Source: Acidimicrobiia bacterium | GTDB taxonomy: Bacteria > Actinomycetota > Acidimicrobiia > Spongiisociales > Spongiisociaceae | Reading direction: 5' to 3' | NCBI GenBank assembly: GCA_041576165.1 | Contig: JBFGLM010000001.1 | Coordinates: forward strand, 64,001 to 128,000 | DNA length: 64,000 nt | In this document: in pieces, positions 38,360 through 48,301 of the stretch | How positions within the stretch are numbered: the first letter of the stretch is position 1 | How the letters are laid out: each line of letters starts with the position of its first letter | Notes under the pieces: generated by a model | The model's input: the letters and a program-made list of their open reading frames with translations, nothing else | The model's database searches: none | What the model was told of the DNA's origin: nothing | Program-made: the position numbers and the translations under genes

Positions 38360-40651
38360 ATGCCTGGCTCAATCCTCGGAAACGTCGTGAAGCGAGTGGA
38401 GGACCCTCGGTTCATCACCGGCACCGGCAGCTATCTAGACGACAAGCAACTCGACGGCCTCGTGCACATGGTCACCGTTCGCTCACCCGTTGCCCACGGC
38501 GTGATCACCGAGATCGACACGGACTTCGCAAAATCGATGCCCGGGGTGGTCGGCATCTACATCCACGGCGATCTGGAGATCGCTGACCTCCGAGGCACCG
38601 GTGGTGCGCCCAGACAGGCCGCAATGCCGGTACCGGCCCGCGATCGGGTGCGGTACGTCGGTGATGTTGTCGCCGCGGTAGTGGCGGAGACGCAACGCCA
38701 GGCGCAAGACGCGGCGGATCAAGTATGGGTGGAGATCGATCCATTGCCTGCGGTAGCGGATGCCTCCGCAGCCACCGCAAATGGAGCCCCCGTCATCTGG
38801 GAAGAGATCGGTACCAACGTCGTGAAAGAAACCGATCACCATCCAGATGGCGATCCGCTGGCCGACGCCGACGTGGTGGTCTCCGCCACGTTCGTGAATC
38901 AACGGCTGGCGGCGGTGCCGCTCGAGAACAACTCGGCCCTCGCCTATCCAGACCCTGAAACCGGGGGACTCGTCCTGTGGGCGGGCACCCAGAACATCTT
39001 CGGCCACCGGAGCGGTGTTGCTCGGGCCCTGGGAATGGATGAAGGCCTGATCCGGGGCCGCATGCCCGACATGGGTGGTGGGTTTGGCGCCAAGTTCCCC
39101 GTCTATCCGCAGCAAGTACTGGTAGCGGCACTGGCCCGCCACCTGGAGCGGCCGGTGAAGTGGATCGAGACTCGGAGCGAGAACCTGACGATCATGACGC
39201 ACGGTCGCGATCAGATCCAACACGTGAAGCTCGGCGCCAAACACGACGGCACGTTCGTAGGCATGACGGTCGAGATCGATGCGAACGTCGGGGCCTATCC
39301 AACGTTCGGCGTCTTCCTTCCCGGGCTGACGCTGAGGATGGCGCCCGGCGTGTACAACATTCCCAAGGTCTCGGCGAAAGCGCGCTGCATAGCCACCAAT
39401 ACCACACCGACACACGCGTACCGGGGGGCCGGCCGCCCCGAAGCTGCGTCGCTGCTGGAGAGAGTCGTCGACATGCTCGCCACCGAGCTGAATATGGACC
39501 CTGTCCAGCTGCGACGCGTCAACTTCATATCCAACGACGCGTTCCCGTTCGAGACCGCAACCGGTGAGACCTACGACGTCGGCGACTATGCGGCCGCTCT
39601 CGACCGGGCGGTGAAGCTGGCGGGTTACGAGGAGCTTCGCGCCGAGCAGGCGCAGCGCCGGGAACGCGAGGACCGGGTGCAGATTGGCATCGGGGTGTCG
39701 GCGTATGTCGAGATAACGGCACTAGCCCGCGGCGACTGGGGCTCGGTCGTGGTGGATCAAGACGGTGGGATCACCGCGCTCGTCGGCACCAGCGGCCATG
39801 GCCAGGGCCACGAAACCGCGTTCGCCCAGATCGTGGCCGAGCTGTTCAAGGTGCCGATCGAGCAAGTCCGGGTGGTGGAAGGCGACACCAAGCTGATAGC
39901 TCGCGGCGAAGGAACCGGGGGCTCGCGGTCCCTCCAGATTGGAGGCTCGGTGATCCTGCAGGCCGGAGAGGGCGTGATCGACAAGGCCAAGCGGCTGTTC
40001 GCCCACCTCAATGAGGTTGCCACCGAAGACGTTGTCGTGTTCGACAACGGCTCAGTCGGCGTCGCCGGAGTACCAGACTCCGGCATGACGTGGGGTGAGC
40101 TGTCGCAGGCGGCCCACGATGCCGACCGGCGCCCCGCCGACATGGAGGCCGGTCTCGAATACGCGACGGAGTTCGAATCGGAGCGAGCCTCATTCCCATT
40201 CGGCGTCCACATATGTGTCGTAGAAGTCGACACCGAGACCGGGGATGTACGGGTGCGGCGCCACATCGCCGTGGACGACTGCGGCCGGATCTTCAACCGG
40301 CTGCTCGTGGACGGCCAGGTCCACGGTGGCGTGGCCCAGGGAGTCGGCCAGGCTTTGCTCGAACATGTCCAGTACGACGCCGACGCCAATCCCGTCACCG
40401 CCAATTTGGTCAGCTATCTGATCCCCGGGGCAACCAACGTGCCGTCAGTCGAGGTGGATCACACCGAGACGCCCACACCGCTCAATCCGCTCGGCGCGAA
40501 GGGGATTGGGGAGTCGGGGACGATCGGGTCGACTCCGGCTGTGCAAAACGCCGTCGTGGACGCGCTGGCCCATCTCGGGGTGCAGCACATCGACATGCCG
40601 GCCAGCCCCTCCCGGGTGTGGACCACGATCCAGGCCACGCGCCGCACCTGA
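38360..40651 (+). CDS. Xanthine dehydrogenase family molybdopterin-binding large subunit (CoxL form II-like)
   Basis: RVEDPRFITG, MGGGFGAK, AYRGAGRPE, HGQGHET, GQVHGGVAQG and GAKGIGE. Confidence 0.93.
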   Translation: MPGSILGNVVKRVEDPRFITGTGSYLDDKQLDGLVHMVTVRSPVAHGVITEIDTDFAKSMPGVVGIYIHGDLEIADLRGTGGAPRQAAMPVPARDRVRYVGDVVAAVVAETQRQAQDAADQVWVEIDPLPAVADASAATANGAPVIWEEIGTNVVKETDHHPDGDPLADADVVVSATFVNQRLAAVPLENNSALAYPDPETGGLVLWAGTQNIFGHRSGVARALGMDEGLIRGRMPDMGGGFGAKFPVYPQQVLVAALARHLERPVKWIETRSENLTIMTHGRDQIQHVKLGAKHDGTFVGMTVEIDANVGAYPTFGVFLPGLTLRMAPGVYNIPKVSAKARCIATNTTPTHAYRGAGRPEAASLLERVVDMLATELNMDPVQLRRVNFISNDAFPFETATGETYDVGDYAAALDRAVKLAGYEELRAEQAQRREREDRVQIGIGVSAYVEITALARGDWGSVVVDQDGGITALVGTSGHGQGHETAFAQIVAELFKVPIEQVRVVEGDTKLIARGEGTGGSRSLQIGGSVILQAGEGVIDKAKRLFAHLNEVATEDVVVFDNGSVGVAGVPDSGMTWGELSQAAHDADRRPADMEAGLEYATEFESERASFPFGVHICVVEVDTETGDVRVRRHIAVDDCGRIFNRLLVDGQVHGGVAQGVGQALLEHVQYDADANPVTANLVSYLIPGATNVPSVEVDHTETPTPLNPLGAKGIGESGTIGSTPAVQNAVVDALAHLGVQHIDMPASPSRVWTTIQATRRT

Positions 40652-40669
40652 ACACCGTGGGCTCGTGGC

Positions 40670-41356
40670 TCAGAACTCAAGGCCGACGGCCCCACACAAG
40701 AAGCGGGTGAACGGAACCGACCGCCGGCAATAGTCCGTGAAGTCCTCCATGAAGTGATCCGAGGTAACGGTGGATTGCTTCACGCGGGTCGATGCAATGA
40801 AATCCTTCCGCTTCAGATCTTCGATCAGTGGATGATCCGCGTCGAAGCCCTTTGGGGGGCGGGCTAGCGTGTCGCCCCCCAGCTCGAAAACGTCGGTGAA
40901 CCGCTTGGTGCGGGAGGCCTTCCTCCAGCCGTCGGGGTCATCGTCGATCGCATGGCGGATCTGGTAGGCCGCCTTCGTTTCCGGTCGCCACAGCCCGACG
41001 CCCATGTAGCACTGACCCGGCTGCAGGTGGAGGTAGAAGCCGGGTGCGTGCACGTCCTTGGCGCGCTCGTGTCGGAAATGCATCCCGGTGTTCGTCTTGT
41101 AGGGGGTCTTGTCCTTCGAGAAGCGGGTATCCCGTTGGATCCGAAACAGCGAACCGCCCACGGTTCGAGAATCTGCCACGAAGTGCGGTGAAATCCTGGC
41201 AAGGGGTTTGGCGAAGTCGTTGATGAAGTCGAGCGCGGGCTCTCGAATGTGCGCCTCATAGGCGTCTTGGTTCGCCTTGAACCAGTCTCGATCGTTGTTG
41301 GCTTCCAGGTCGCGCAGGAAGGCGAACAGCTTTGGCGTGAAGTAACGGGTACCCAT
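40670..41356 (-). CDS. DUF2461 family protein
   Basis: FLRDLEANNDRDWF, FRIQRDTRFSKDKTPYK and PGFYLHL. Confidence 0.92.
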   Translation of the reverse strand: MGTRYFTPKLFAFLRDLEANNDRDWFKANQDAYEAHIREPALDFINDFAKPLARISPHFVADSRTVGGSLFRIQRDTRFSKDKTPYKTNTGMHFRHERAKDVHAPGFYLHLQPGQCYMGVGLWRPETKAAYQIRHAIDDDPDGWRKASRTKRFTDVFELGGDTLARPPKGFDADHPLIEDLKRKDFIASTRVKQSTVTSDHFMEDFTDYCRRSVPFTRFLCGAVGLEF

Positions 41357-41494
41357 GACTCAACGCTACCGGGCCGGGCGCAGAGCCGGAAGGGGCCTGT
41401 GGGCCGACCCGCCGCGCCCCCTCCTCCGAACCTCTGCCTGTCCCTCAGGCAGCCGGCCGGGGCCCGGAGAATCCCCCCACGGAGGCGTGACTGA

Positions 41495-41806
41495 TCAGAG
41501 CCAGTCGAGACCGGTCTTGCGCGCAACCGCGTAGGTCACCCCGAACACGGCGGCCACCAGGACCACGGTCGGTATCACCACGAATGTGGTCGGCGAAGGC
41601 CAGAGGGTCCACGTTGCGACTATGGCACCGATCAGAGCGAGCACTGCGACGCCGCCGCCCCATACTGCCAGGCGTCGACTGATGCGCCGCCGGGTGGAAA
41701 CACGGTGCGTTCGTGCGACGGCTCGCCGAGCCATCCGCCCGTGCCGGCGTATGACGTAATCCGGGATGGTGTCCGGTACCTGGACGTCAAACTTGTCGCC
41801 GTTCAT
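41495..41806 (-). CDS. Hypothetical two-TM membrane protein
   Basis: AAGGGG-type RBS; basic N-region then two hydrophobic helices. Confidence 0.55.
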   Translation of the reverse strand: MNGDKFDVQVPDTIPDYVIRRHGRMARRAVARTHRVSTRRRISRRLAVWGGGVAVLALIGAIVATWTLWPSPTTFVVIPTVVLVAAVFGVTYAVARKTGLDWL

Positions 41807-41926
41807 TCCGTGATCCCCTTACGGTCCTATGGATGCTTCGGCATGGTGCCACTTGTCCTTGAACCGTGCGTTTCGCGAATTCGCACCCGTGGCAGGTTCC
41901 TAGACTGAGGATACGGGGAGGTCGGA

Positions 41927-43222
41927 ATGCATGAGGAAATGCATGAGAAACTGAAGCGGCGCGCGGCAGCAGCCCGCCGGGCGCAACGCAACCTGGGCAG
42001 CGCCGGCGGAGCGCGCCGCACGGAGGTTCTGGTCCATCTCGCACGGCTGCTCCGAGAGCGGGAGTCCGAGCTCGTGGGCGCCAACAAGCTCGACCTTGAA
42101 GCAGCCGAAGGCACCGACCTGCCGCAGCCGATCCTCAAACGATTGGCCCTCACCCCCGCCAAGCTCGAGACGCTGCGGGAAGGAATCAGCCAACTCGTCC
42201 AGAGCGAAGATCCCGTCGGCACCACGATCACCAGGCGGGAGCTTGATGACGGCTTGATCCTCCGTCACGTCCGGGCCCCACTGGGGGTGTTGCTGATCGT
42301 CTTCGAAAGCCGGCCGGATGCCGTGATCCAGATCGGGTCACTGGCCCTTCGCGCAGGGGATGCCGTGCTCATGAAAGGTGGGTCCGAAGCGGCCAACTCA
42401 AACCGGGCGCTGACCGGCGTGTTGCGCGAGGCGGTCGCAGCCGCCGACCTTGATCCGGACGTCGTGCAGAACGTCGAGGGACGGGAAGCGGTCGGCGCCC
42501 TGCTCGAAATGGACGAGGACATCGACCTCGTGATCCCTCGCGGCTCCAACGAGCTGGTTCGATCGATACAGGCCCAGTCGCGGATCCCGGTCCTGGGCCA
42601 TGCCGACGGCGTCTGCCAGCTGTTCATCGACGTCGCGGCAGACGGCGACAAGGCGGTGCGGATCGCAGTCGATGCCAAGACCGACTACCCGGCCGTCTGC
42701 AATGCGATCGAGAACCTGCTCATCCACCGAGCCTTCCCGCACTTCGATGCCGTGCTCGATGCACTGGAGGCGGCTGGAGTCGAGCTGCGTGGCGACAAAG
42801 CCGTAGTCGCGCGGCGGCCGGGCGTGATGCCCGCAACTGACGAAGACTGGTCGACCGAATACGGCGATCTGGTCTTGTCGGTTGCGATCGTGGACGGAGT
42901 CGAGGACGCCGTCGACTTCATCCATACCTACGGCTCCGCTCACACCGAAGCGATTGTGACCGAAGACCAGGACGCTGCTCACCGGTTTTTGAACGACGTC
43001 GACGCCGCCTCGGTCTTCTGGAATGTTTCGACCAGGTTCGCCGACGGCTTCCGGTACGGGCTGGGCGCCGAGGTCGGTATCGCCACCGGCCGTATCCACG
43101 CTCGCGGACCGGTCGGCGTCGAGGGCTTGTTGACGACCCGATGGCTGCTCGAAGGTGACGGCCACATCGCGTCGGACTACGGGCCCGGCAAGCGGTCCTT
43201 CATCCATCGCGACCTGACCTGA
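41927..43222 (+). CDS. proA: Gamma-glutamyl phosphate reductase
   Basis: PLGVLLIVFESRP, KGGSEA, DLVIPRGS, PAVCNA, GSAHTEAI and STRFADGFRYGLGAEVGI..IHARGPVG. Confidence 0.96.
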   Translation: MHEEMHEKLKRRAAAARRAQRNLGSAGGARRTEVLVHLARLLRERESELVGANKLDLEAAEGTDLPQPILKRLALTPAKLETLREGISQLVQSEDPVGTTITRRELDDGLILRHVRAPLGVLLIVFESRPDAVIQIGSLALRAGDAVLMKGGSEAANSNRALTGVLREAVAAADLDPDVVQNVEGREAVGALLEMDEDIDLVIPRGSNELVRSIQAQSRIPVLGHADGVCQLFIDVAADGDKAVRIAVDAKTDYPAVCNAIENLLIHRAFPHFDAVLDALEAAGVELRGDKAVVARRPGVMPATDEDWSTEYGDLVLSVAIVDGVEDAVDFIHTYGSAHTEAIVTEDQDAAHRFLNDVDAASVFWNVSTRFADGFRYGLGAEVGIATGRIHARGPVGVEGLLTTRWLLEGDGHIASDYGPGKRSFIHRDLT

Positions 43223-43229
43223 TCGTCAC

Positions 43230-44180
43230 GTGGAACTCGACCCATGGCTGTTCGAGCCCGACTCGATAGACCCCGAAACCGCTGCGTTCAACGAAAACCT
43301 GCGGGTTGTGTCACGGGATGCGCCCAACATCACGACGGTGACGCCCGAGCAACTGAGGGCCGCCCGGGCTCAGGGTGAATCAGTCTTCGGTCTATTCCAG
43401 ACGTCCGACCGTGGAGTTGAGCGGACGATCGATGGGCCGGGCGGGCCGGTCACCCTGCGGCAGATCCTCCCGGCGGGCACTCCCCGGGGCATGCTGTTGC
43501 ACCTCCACGGCGGCGGATGGGTGCTGGGCAATGCCTCGGAGCAGGACCTGCGCCACCTGGCCCTGGCCGATCACCACAACGTCGGAGTGGTTTCTGTCGA
43601 ATACCGGCTGGCGCCGGAGCACCCCTACCCCGCCGCGCCTGACGACTGTGAAGCGGCCGCGCTGTGGCTGGTTAATCACTGCCAGGAAGAGTTCGGGACC
43701 GACCGGCTCGCGATCGGCGGCGAATCCGCCGGTGCGCATCTGACGGCGGTGACGCTCGTTCGGCTGCGCGACCGGCACGGCTACACGGGCTTTCGAGCGG
43801 CCAATCTCGTCTACGGGGCGTACGACCTTGCCATGACCCCGAGCGCCGCTAACTGGGGGGACGAGGTGCTGGTGCTGTCGACCGAGGTCATCGAATGGTT
43901 CCGGGAGGCATTCGTCGATCGGGAGCTGACCCGGGACCCAGACGTGTCGCCGCTGTATGCCGATCTGCGCGGACTGCCACCGGCGCTCTTCACGGTGGGG
44001 ACTCTCGATCCGCTGCTCGATGATTCACTGTTCATGGCGCAGCGCTGGATCGCAGCCGGTAACCGGGCCGAGCTCGCCGTGTATCCCGGCGGGGTGCATG
44101 CCTTCGACTACTTCCCGGATCTCGCCTTGGCCCAGGCCGCAATCGGCCGGATCAATCAGTTCCTCGCAGAGGCGATCTGA
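43230..44180 (+). CDS. Alpha/beta hydrolase (HSL/family IV esterase)
   Basis: HGGG oxyanion motif, YRLAPEHPYPAA, GESAG, DPLLD and HAF. Confidence 0.93.
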   Translation: MELDPWLFEPDSIDPETAAFNENLRVVSRDAPNITTVTPEQLRAARAQGESVFGLFQTSDRGVERTIDGPGGPVTLRQILPAGTPRGMLLHLHGGGWVLGNASEQDLRHLALADHHNVGVVSVEYRLAPEHPYPAAPDDCEAAALWLVNHCQEEFGTDRLAIGGESAGAHLTAVTLVRLRDRHGYTGFRAANLVYGAYDLAMTPSAANWGDEVLVLSTEVIEWFREAFVDRELTRDPDVSPLYADLRGLPPALFTVGTLDPLLDDSLFMAQRWIAAGNRAELAVYPGGVHAFDYFPDLALAQAAIGRINQFLAEAI

Positions 44181-44192
44181 GGCTCGCCGCGC

Positions 44193-44645
44193 TCAGCCGT
44201 GCAGCCCCGCCAGCACGAAGCGGGACGGGCCATCCAGCACCACCTGGGTTGCCCGGGCGGCGGCGTACAACACAGTGTCGTCATCCGAGCGGACCTCGGC
44301 GGCGGTGAAGATCACCCGCCGGGTGCGGCGGATCACCGACCCATGGGCGATGATCGGGCCGGCCGGGGCGGCGCGGATGAACTCAGCCCGTAGGTCGCCG
44401 GTCAAGAACTCCGGGGGATCGGCCAACCCGTACACACACCAGGCCATGGCCGAGTCGGCCAGCATCGTGATCATGCCGCCGTGTACGACCGGGCCGTTGG
44501 CCGTGGGAATCGTGTAGCCACCGGTATCGGACCAGGAGATCGTGGCGCTGCCGTCCGAGCGGACGTCGATCCAATCGAATCCAACCGTGCTGGCCGCCGC
44601 CACATCGAACTCGCTGACGCGCACTATCCGGATATCACTCTGCAC
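44193..44645 (-). CDS. PaaI family thioesterase
   Basis: Hotdog motif VHGGMITMLADSAM. Confidence 0.85.
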   Translation of the reverse strand: MQSDIRIVRVSEFDVAAASTVGFDWIDVRSDGSATISWSDTGGYTIPTANGPVVHGGMITMLADSAMAWCVYGLADPPEFLTGDLRAEFIRAAPAGPIIAHGSVIRRTRRVIFTAAEVRSDDDTVLYAAARATQVVLDGPSRFVLAGLHG

Positions 44646-44712
44646 CCTTCAACTCCCTCTACACCCGCGATGATCGCTTCACGTGCGGGCTCCCGCCAAC
44701 TCCCGGTTGCCG

Positions 44713-45102
44713 TCATCGAGCACCCGGTCGTAACGCCGTGACTTCGATTTCGACTTTGATCCTCGGATCGGCCAGTCCAGCTTCGATCATCGTCGCGGCC
44801 GGGCGGGCCGCGCCGAAGTAGTCGCGGAGCAGCGGCCAGCACTTCGGGAAGTCGGCGGCGTTGACCAGGTAGTAACGGACGCGCACTATGTCGGAAGCCG
44901 AGCTCCCGGCCTCTCGCAGCGCCCCGTCGATGTTCGCCAGCGCCTTGCGGGTCTGTTCGATGATGTCATCGCTGATCGTCATGGACGGGTAGTCGAATCC
45001 GGTGGTTCCTGAAACGAACACCCAGCGGCCGTCAACCACGGCCCGTGAATAGCCCACCTGCTCCTCGAACGTGCTTCCCTGACTGATGTAGGCGCGACCC
45101 AT
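44713..45102 (-). CDS. RidA/YjgF family protein
   Basis: GYSRAV...VFVSGTTG...RPAATM...KVEIE. Confidence 0.9.
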   Translation of the reverse strand: MGRAYISQGSTFEEQVGYSRAVVDGRWVFVSGTTGFDYPSMTISDDIIEQTRKALANIDGALREAGSSASDIVRVRYYLVNAADFPKCWPLLRDYFGAARPAATMIEAGLADPRIKVEIEVTALRPGAR

Positions 45103-45185
45103 CGCAGCTCCTGGTTGGGGGGTGGGACGGTACACCGACCGCCGCCCTGCCGGGACCAACCGACCAGGGTGGAGTGTCAGCGGCC

Positions 45186-45494
45186 TCAGACCACGAATCG
45201 GGCGGCTTCGTCCAGCAGGACACGCCAGCGAGGGGCATCAGGCGCGGGTACCTGCACCCATTCTCGAAAAGCCCTCCCGGCCGGGGCGAACGGCCGCCCG
45301 ATACCCTCGGCCACCAACTCGTCGACCCGCGCAGCCGGGAGCTTCACGATCAGGCCTCCCCCTCCGTGATCCGGCATCGCGAAGAACTCTCCGTTGATTC
45401 GCAGGCAGGGCGTCCCCATCATGGTTCCCTCCTCCACGCCGCCGCGCCCCACCAGGTCAGCGGCGAGTTCCCAGAAGAGCTCCATGGGATCCAT
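45186..45494 (-). CDS. Small hypothetical protein (TfoX/YjbR-like fold suspected)
   Basis: GGAGG RBS; GTMMGTPCLRINGEFFAM...LIVKLP..RVDELV...FREWV. Confidence 0.7.
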   Translation of the reverse strand: MDPMELFWELAADLVGRGGVEEGTMMGTPCLRINGEFFAMPDHGGGGLIVKLPAARVDELVAEGIGRPFAPAGRAFREWVQVPAPDAPRWRVLLDEAARFVV

Positions 45495-45544
45495 GTTGAC
45501 CTCCATCTGGACCACCGACGTCGCATCCCGGCGGGATTCGACGT

Positions 45545-45991
45545 CTAGAAGTAATACCGGGTCAGCGTCTCGGCCACCGCAGCCGGTCTGGGCGAGCCTT
45601 CCAGTTCGATGGTCACCTCTGCTTTGACCTGAATGCCGTCGTCGGTGTCCTTGACGTCCCGCAGGACCGAGCGAGCTCGGATGCGGGAACCCGCTGGAAC
45701 CGGCGAGATGAACCGCACGCGGTCGAGGCCGTAATTGATGCTCATCTTGGCTTGGGGAAGGCTCAGCCGGGGCGCCAGCGACGCCAGCATCGAAAGCGTC
45801 AGGAATCCGTGGGCGATGGTCGTTCCGAACGGCCCATCCGCCGCTCGTTCCCGGTCGACGTGAATCCATTGATGGTCCTCGGTGGCGTCGGCGAACTGAT
45901 CGATCCGTTCCTGGCTCATGACGAACCATTTCCCGACGCCGATCTCGTCGCCGACCCGTGCCTGCAGGGCTTGCTGTTCAGACGCATCCAT
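45545..45991 (-). CDS. MaoC family dehydratase
   Basis: FADATEDHQWIHVD, TIAHGFLTLS and NYGLDRVRF. Confidence 0.92.
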   Translation of the reverse strand: MDASEQQALQARVGDEIGVGKWFVMSQERIDQFADATEDHQWIHVDRERAADGPFGTTIAHGFLTLSMLASLAPRLSLPQAKMSINYGLDRVRFISPVPAGSRIRARSVLRDVKDTDDGIQVKAEVTIELEGSPRPAAVAETLTRYYF

Positions 45992-46137
45992 GCCGGGGAG
46001 GGTACCGAAGTCGGACGCCGTCCACCCACACAAGCTCTCGCCCCGTGCGGCCCGCTATGCATCCCTGACCCACCCCGAGAGCGAATCCGGGGGTGTTCCC
46101 GATGGGGTCAGGGGCTGTGATCGCCGACGCTGGAGGC

Positions 46138-47490
46138 ATGCCAACTGTGACTGCATCAATCCGCCGGGCCCAGCGTCTCGCCGAGGCGACTCCGGCTTCT
46201 CGCAACCGCTACGTCGACTTCCTTCGCGCCGTCTCCATCGTCGCCGTCGTCATCGGCCACTGGCTGATCGCAGCTCCTTACGCGGCCGGCGGCGAGCTGC
46301 GGGGCGTCAACATGCTGGCGCACACCCCGTGGACCCAGTGGCTGACGTGGATCTTCCAGGTCATGCCGGTGTTCTTCGCCGTCGGCGGCTACGCCAACGC
46401 CGCATCATGGAACGCGTCCCGCCGCGCAGGCCACAGCTACGGCACGTGGCTCGCCGCCCGGCTGCGCCGGCTGACGATCCCCCTGCTGCCGCTGCTGGCC
46501 GTGTGGGCAGTGATCGGCATCGGTGGCGCCGCGTTGGGAATCGATGAGGATCTGATGCGCCTCGGGTCCCAGTCGGCCCTGATCCCCGTTTGGTTCCTGG
46601 CGGTCTACGTGGTCATCGTGGCAATGAGCCCGTGGCTGATCGAGGCCTGGGACCGGTACGCGTGGAGATCGTTCCTGGCCCCGGCCGGGGCGACGTTCAT
46701 CGTCGACCGTGCGGTGGCGGGGGGATTGGAACTTCTCGGCTGGGTCAACTTCATCCTGGTGTGGTCGGCAATCCATCAGCTCGGGGTGGCGTGGCGACGC
46801 GGCGCGTTGCCCGCGGCCCCGGCGCGAATCGTGGCAGTGGGTTCGGCCCTCATCGCTGCGTTGTTGGTGACGATTGGCCCCTACCCGGTGGCGATGGTTG
46901 GGGTCCCCGGAGCAGAGGCCTCCAACAACGCTCCCCCCACGCTGGCGCTGATCGTCTTCGGCACCATGCAGATGGCCGCGCTGCTCGCAGTGGAGCCGGC
47001 CGCGCAGCGGATGCTGCAGCGCCCCGCCGCGTGGACGGGCACGATTCTGGTCAATGGGTGGATCATGACGTTGTACCTGTGGCATCTGACCGCCATGGTG
47101 CTGGCAATCGGTGCCATGCTGCTCGTCGGTGGAATCGGATTGGGTATCGAGCCGTCCTCAGTCGGATGGTGGCTGACCCGACCGTTGTGGGTCGTCGGCC
47201 TGCTGGCGGTGACGCTTCCCTTCCTGGTCCTGTTCGGCCGCTTCGAACGACCCCGGCCGGCCCCGGAGGCGTCACCGCATCCGCTGGTGGCGCTCGGGGC
47301 GGTGGCCGCCGTGAGCGCCGGGCTCGGCCTGCTGGCGGCCCAAGGCGTGCAGGGATCGTTCTTCGGGGTCCGGCTCGAGGCGCTGGCGCTGCCAGCGGGG
47401 GCAGTGCTCGGATTGATCTGGGCCGGTCGGACGAGACGGGCATCCGAGGATGCGTCCACGTCCTCCGAGCGGGCGGCCGCCCACGGCTAA
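46138..47490 (+). CDS. Acyltransferase_3 family membrane acyltransferase
   Basis: RNRYVDFLRA..VVIGHW, QVMPVFF and MTLYLWH; multiple TM helices. Confidence 0.88.
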   Translation: MPTVTASIRRAQRLAEATPASRNRYVDFLRAVSIVAVVIGHWLIAAPYAAGGELRGVNMLAHTPWTQWLTWIFQVMPVFFAVGGYANAASWNASRRAGHSYGTWLAARLRRLTIPLLPLLAVWAVIGIGGAALGIDEDLMRLGSQSALIPVWFLAVYVVIVAMSPWLIEAWDRYAWRSFLAPAGATFIVDRAVAGGLELLGWVNFILVWSAIHQLGVAWRRGALPAAPARIVAVGSALIAALLVTIGPYPVAMVGVPGAEASNNAPPTLALIVFGTMQMAALLAVEPAAQRMLQRPAAWTGTILVNGWIMTLYLWHLTAMVLAIGAMLLVGGIGLGIEPSSVGWWLTRPLWVVGLLAVTLPFLVLFGRFERPRPAPEASPHPLVALGAVAAVSAGLGLLAAQGVQGSFFGVRLEALALPAGAVLGLIWAGRTRRASEDASTSSERAAAHG

Positions 47491-48212
47491 CCGGCCGAGT
47501 CGGTGAGCGCCACTCGGATTCGCCGGAAGCCCTTGCCTTTCGACTCGACCTTGGTGATGGCGACCCCTCCCACCTCAGCGGTCGTCTCGACGTGGGTGCC
47601 ACCGTCGGCCTGCCGGTCGAGGCCCACGATGTCGATCACCCGGACCTGGGTGAGCGTAGGCGGTAGCAGGTTCACCTTGGTTCGGATCAGGCTGGGATCT
47701 AGGTCGGCCTCCTCCCGGGGGAGGAACGACACCTCGACCGGGAGCTCCCGGGCGATCGCCTCGTTGAGCGCCTCCTCGAGCGGATCGCGGTCTTCCGGGT
47801 CCCAATCGGGTATCTCGAAATCGAGCCGGCCGTGGCCCGGCTCCATATTCCCGCCGGTCACCGGGCTCTGAAACCGCTCCCAGACGACGCCGCACAGGGC
47901 GTGGAGGCTGGTGTGGGTGCGCATCAGACGGTACCGCCGTTCCCAGTCGATCTCACCCCGCAGTGACGTGCCGGTGGCCGGCAGCGACCCTTCGACCCAG
48001 TGCCAGACGCCGTCCCGGTCCTGAGTGACTCGGGTCACGACCAGTTCGTCGTCCCCGATCCAGAGCGAACCGATGTCGTGCGGCTGGCCGCCTCCGCCGG
48101 GATAGAAGACCGTCCGGTCGAGCAGTATGCGGCCGTCGTCCACGTCGCTGCCCACCACGCTGGCATCCATCGTCGCCGCATAGGCGTCGGTCGAGTAGAT
48201 CCGCTCAGTCAT
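47487..48212 (-). CDS. Free-standing Ala-tRNA editing protein (AlaX-M type)
   Basis: FYPGGGGQPHD, MRTHTSLH and QADGGTHV. Confidence 0.92.
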   Translation of the reverse strand: MTERIYSTDAYAATMDASVVGSDVDDGRILLDRTVFYPGGGGQPHDIGSLWIGDDELVVTRVTQDRDGVWHWVEGSLPATGTSLRGEIDWERRYRLMRTHTSLHALCGVVWERFQSPVTGGNMEPGHGRLDFEIPDWDPEDRDPLEEALNEAIARELPVEVSFLPREEADLDPSLIRTKVNLLPPTLTQVRVIDIVGLDRQADGGTHVETTAEVGGVAITKVESKGKGFRRIRVALTDSAG

Positions 48213-48301
48213 GCCGCAACGCTAGCGGGCCCCGCCGGCACGACCCACTGCGCCCGCCGCAACCGGTCGTACGAGCGGGGCCGGCCCCTATCCTCAACGC
48301 C

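Noticed and set aside
38360-40651. Bona fide aerobic CO dehydrogenase
   Set aside because: It lacks the form I AYxCSFR motif and has no coxMS or coxDEFG neighbours.
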